Source: Planctomycetaceae bacterium
Lineage (GTDB): Bacteria > Planctomycetota > Planctomycetia > Planctomycetales > Planctomycetaceae
DNA: 16,368 bases
Direction of reading: 5' to 3'
Assembly (NCBI GenBank): GCA_046757805.1
Contig: JBHHZA010000043.1
Span: 1 to 16,368 of the forward strand
Below the pieces are notes generated by a model that saw nothing but the letters and a program-made list of their open reading frames with translations, did no database searches and was not told the DNA's origin. Positions 14,485 to 16,368 of this stretch are shown here, in pieces; positions within the stretch are counted from its first letter, which is position 1, and every line of letters starts with the position of its first letter. A program made the position numbers and the translations under genes.

Positions 14485-15453
14485 ATGTCCATTCGCACGA
14501 AACCGACCCGCCGTGACGTGCTGCAAGCCGCGGTCGCCGGCGCAGTCACTCTGGCCGGCAGCCCCCTTCTTGCTGGAACCCGAGACGCGAAACGGGACGA
14601 CCTGAAATCCGGCTGGATCGACGCGCATTCGCACATCTGGTCGCGGGACGTCAAAGCCCATCCGCTGGCGAAGGGCCAGACGGTCGCCGACCTCGATCCC
14701 CCCAGTTTCACCACCGAGGAACTCATCAAGACCGCCGGGGCGGAAGGCGTCTCGCGGGTCGTGCTGATTCAGCACCACACGTATTACGCGTGGGACAACT
14801 CGTACCTGACCGACTCCGCGAAACGCTATCCGGGGAGGTTCCGCGTGGTCGGCATGATCGACGACACGGCGCCCAAACCCGCCGCCGCGATGCGCAAGCT
14901 GCTGAAGAAAAAGGTCACAGGCTTCCGCATCACGCCCTGGATTCGCGGTAAAGACAAATGGCTGCACGGAGACGGCATGGCCGCGATGTGGAAGTGCGCC
15001 GCCGAGACCCGGCAGGCGATGTGCTGCCTGATCGACGCGGACGACATTTCCGCCGTCGACGCAATGTGCGTGAAAAACCCTGATACGCCCGTCGTCGTCG
15101 ATCACTTCGCGCGCATCGGCGTCGACGGAAAGATCCGCGACAGACACGTCAAGCAACTCTGCAGTCTGGCAAAACACAAGCACACGTTTCTGAAGATCTC
15201 GGCCTACTACGCGTTGGGCAAGAAAGCGCCGCCCTATCTCGACCTCGTGCCGATGATTCGCCGCGTCTACGACGCCTTCGGCCCGAAGCGCCTGATGTGG
15301 GCCAGCGACAGCCCGTATCAACTCGTCGGCAAGCACACTTACAAGGCGTCCATCGAACTCGTACGCAGCAAACTCGACTTCGTCACCAAGGCCGATCGCG
15401 AGTGGCTGCTGCGCGGGACGGCGGACAAGGTGTTCTTCTTCGACGCGTCCTGA
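14485..15453 (+). CDS. Amidohydrolase-2 family (PF04909-like TIM-barrel metal-dependent hydrolase) with a twin-arginine (Tat) signal peptide, 322 aa.
   Basis: I chose the start at ATG 14485, giving MSIRTKPTRRDVLQAAVAGAVTLAGSPLLAG, a canonical Tat n-region plus RR plus h-region. The track start at 14410 overlaps the sulfatase and buries the Tat motif. An HxH metal motif (IDAHSHIW) follows early in the mature protein. Later come ...VVDHFARIG... and ...LMWASDSPY..., as in amidohydrolase_2 enzymes. Confidence 0.75.
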   Translation: MSIRTKPTRRDVLQAAVAGAVTLAGSPLLAGTRDAKRDDLKSGWIDAHSHIWSRDVKAHPLAKGQTVADLDPPSFTTEELIKTAGAEGVSRVVLIQHHTYYAWDNSYLTDSAKRYPGRFRVVGMIDDTAPKPAAAMRKLLKKKVTGFRITPWIRGKDKWLHGDGMAAMWKCAAETRQAMCCLIDADDISAVDAMCVKNPDTPVVVDHFARIGVDGKIRDRHVKQLCSLAKHKHTFLKISAYYALGKKAPPYLDLVPMIRRVYDAFGPKRLMWASDSPYQLVGKHTYKASIELVRSKLDFVTKADREWLLRGTADKVFFFDAS

Positions 15454-15504
15454 TCCGGCCGAGGGTTGAGAGTGGGGCGGGGACGTAAAACCGTCGCATT
15501 CGTT

Positions 15505-15614
15505 GAACCGCCAAGACGCCAAGTTCGCCAAGATGCTTGTGGTTGGACGCCGTTGATACGGCGAAACAGGTTTCCGTCTTGGCGAACTTGGCGAACTTGG
15601 CGTCTTGGCGGTTC
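15505..15614. repeat. 110-bp palindromic element with a 28-bp perfect inverted repeat (15505-15532 pairs with 15587-15614) built from CGCCAAG/CTTGGCG heptamers. Three copies lie in the left arm and four in the right, and a nested hairpin cgccgt-tgat-acggcg sits at 15548-15563. It lies between convergent genes. It could be a MITE/REP-like element or a bidirectional terminator.
   Basis: The left arm is gaaccgccaagacgccaagttcgccaag. The right side is cttggcgaacttggcgaacttggcgtcttggcggttc, whose last 28 nt are the exact reverse complement of the left arm. The flanks are amidohydrolase (plus strand, stop 15453) and sulfatase-like (minus strand, stop 15641). Confidence 0.65.
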
Positions 15615-15640
15615 TTTCAAGGATCTTCGTCCGCCGATTC

Positions 15641-16368
15641 TCAACTCTCAACTCTTGACAGAAACGCACGCAATTCCCCGACCAGGGAATCCACGATTTC
15701 CGGTTCCTGATCGGCGACGTCGTGCACGTCCCACACGTCGTCCGGTTTGACGAACAAACGATGCCCTCCGCCGGCCGGGGATTCGCCGTCGGCGCGCAGC
15801 GCCTCCGGCGTCGTCAGCAGCGAGAACTCGCGGCCGCGTATGCCGAATGCGCGGCAACCGTCGCCGTAGCACAAGAACTCGCGCGGGGCGGCGGCGTGCG
15901 ATACGTTCGCCGCCTCAACCAGCGGCAATAGGCTCATCCCGGCAAACCCCGGATTGTCCACGGGAACGCCGAACCAGTCGACGATGGTCGGCGCCAGATC
16001 GACCGTTTGAACGAGTTCCCGTCGGCGCGCTCCCAATTCACCCGGCAATCCGATCATCAGCGGAGCGTGAACGGCCGGCTCGTTCAGCGGCCGCAATTCG
16101 TTTGGCAGCCGAGAGTGTTCCGGCAGCCGGTCCTGTTCGCCCAGCGCCCCGCCCTGCGCCGCCGTCAATACGAACAGCAGTTCGCCCCCCGAAGCATGTC
16201 GGAACGCGTGCACGGCGTCTCGAAGCGTCGCGAGGCCGGCATCCAGCAGTGCCATTTCCTCGGTTGCCCGAGAGACCATCGCCGACGGTTCCGTTTCTGA
16301 CAGCGACAGCCCGGCGGACTGAATCCAGACGAGGCGGTCGCGGGGCGGCTCGCGGCGGAGTTCACCGA
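15641..16368 (-). CDS. Sulfatase / alkaline-phosphatase-superfamily protein, C-terminal part only. The 5' end lies beyond the window end, and the reading frame is open to 16368.
   Basis: The track ORF 15641..16279 starts at an internal Met. I checked that the same minus frame has no stop through 16368 (upstream it reads ...RDRLVWIQSAGLSLSETEPSA-MVSRATEE...). The C-terminal blocks resemble sulfatases: LLFVLTAAQGGALGEQDRL matches FTSDHGEMLGEHG, AVHAPLMIGLPG matches VPLIIRWPG, TVDLAPTIVDWFGV matches VDLLPTLLDLAGI, and the tail is RLFVKPDDVWDVHDVADQEPEIVDSL. The stop is TGA (tca at 15641-15643). Confidence 0.65.
   Translation of the reverse strand, partial: GELRREPPRDRLVWIQSAGLSLSETEPSAMVSRATEEMALLDAGLATLRDAVHAFRHASGGELLFVLTAAQGGALGEQDRLPEHSRLPNELRPLNEPAVHAPLMIGLPGELGARRRELVQTVDLAPTIVDWFGVPVDNPGFAGMSLLPLVEAANVSHAAAPREFLCYGDGCRAFGIRGREFSLLTTPEALRADGESPAGGGHRLFVKPDDVWDVHDVADQEPEIVDSLVGELRAFLSRVES

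Noticed and set aside
12888-14729. 613-aa minus ORF opposite the sulfatase, and 13724..14047 and 14168..14605 plus ORFs.
   Set aside because: It is an antisense shadow (Arg/Ala/Val/Asp/Gly-rich). The plus strand encodes a textbook sulfatase with the CTPSR motif.
14437-15669. 410-aa minus ORF opposite the amidohydrolase and spanning the palindromic element.
   Set aside because: It is an Arg/Gly/Val-rich shadow. The plus strand has a Tat-signal amidohydrolase, and the palindromic region is noncoding.
1-16368. Search for CRISPR arrays, rRNA or tRNA genes, integrases, transposases or IS termini, and phage genes.
   Set aside because: I found no regularly spaced direct repeats with unique spacers, no tRNA-like cloverleaf with a convincing T-arm, and no recombinase or transposase-like ORF. 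The repeats found are short intergenic palindromes and heptamer arrays, and all large ORFs are accounted for by the features listed.

Overview
This is a high-GC window (roughly 63-66% GC) from a bacterial chromosome. The combination of multiple sulfatases, Tat-signal hydrolases, very large proteins and few Shine-Dalgarno sites suggests a Planctomycetota-like (PVC) organism; that attribution is an inference, not a demonstrated fact. Coding runs 1-6611 on the minus strand, 6911-10221 on the plus strand, 10417-12128 on the minus strand, 12858-15453 on the plus strand and 15641-16368 on the minus strand (3'-truncated gene at 1-3645, 5'-truncated gene at 15641-16368). Many long ORFs in the supplied track are antisense or off-frame shadows of the real genes. 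This is typical of GC-rich DNA, and the shadows show Arg/Ala/Asp/Val-rich low-complexity translations.

The centrepiece is a minus-strand three-gene cluster. An NfeD/YqiJ-like membrane protein (6611..5961) is coupled through an ATGA overlap to a long flotillin/SPFH protein (5964..3877). After a 231-bp structured spacer comes a very large protein (3645..<1) of more than 1215 residues that continues beyond the window. I translated this gene by hand from the reverse strand. It shows no P-loop and appears beta-rich at the N-terminus, then alpha-helical. This is the best candidate for an undescribed flotillin-associated system.

The remaining genes are a GT-C (PMT/ArnT-type) membrane glycosyltransferase, moaC translationally coupled to a long-chain polyprenyl-diphosphate synthase, mnmA, a small lower-GC hypothetical protein with a weak PilZ-like motif pattern, a Cys-type sulfatase, a Tat-exported amidohydrolase-2 protein, and a convergent truncated sulfatase-like gene.

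Several intergenic regions carry strong structured repeats. There is a 28-bp perfect inverted repeat built from CGCCAAG heptamers (15505-15614). There is an 18-bp perfect hairpin whose arms are themselves palindromic, between convergent genes (10319-10370). There is a pair of about 35-nt inverted REP/BIME-like copies with GAA/TTC-loop mini-hairpins inside the flotillin operon (3698-3809). There are 13-bp direct repeats in a divergent promoter region (6791-6831). There is also a 730-bp ORF-poor gap (12129-12857).

I saw no CRISPR array, rRNA, tRNA, transposase or integrase.
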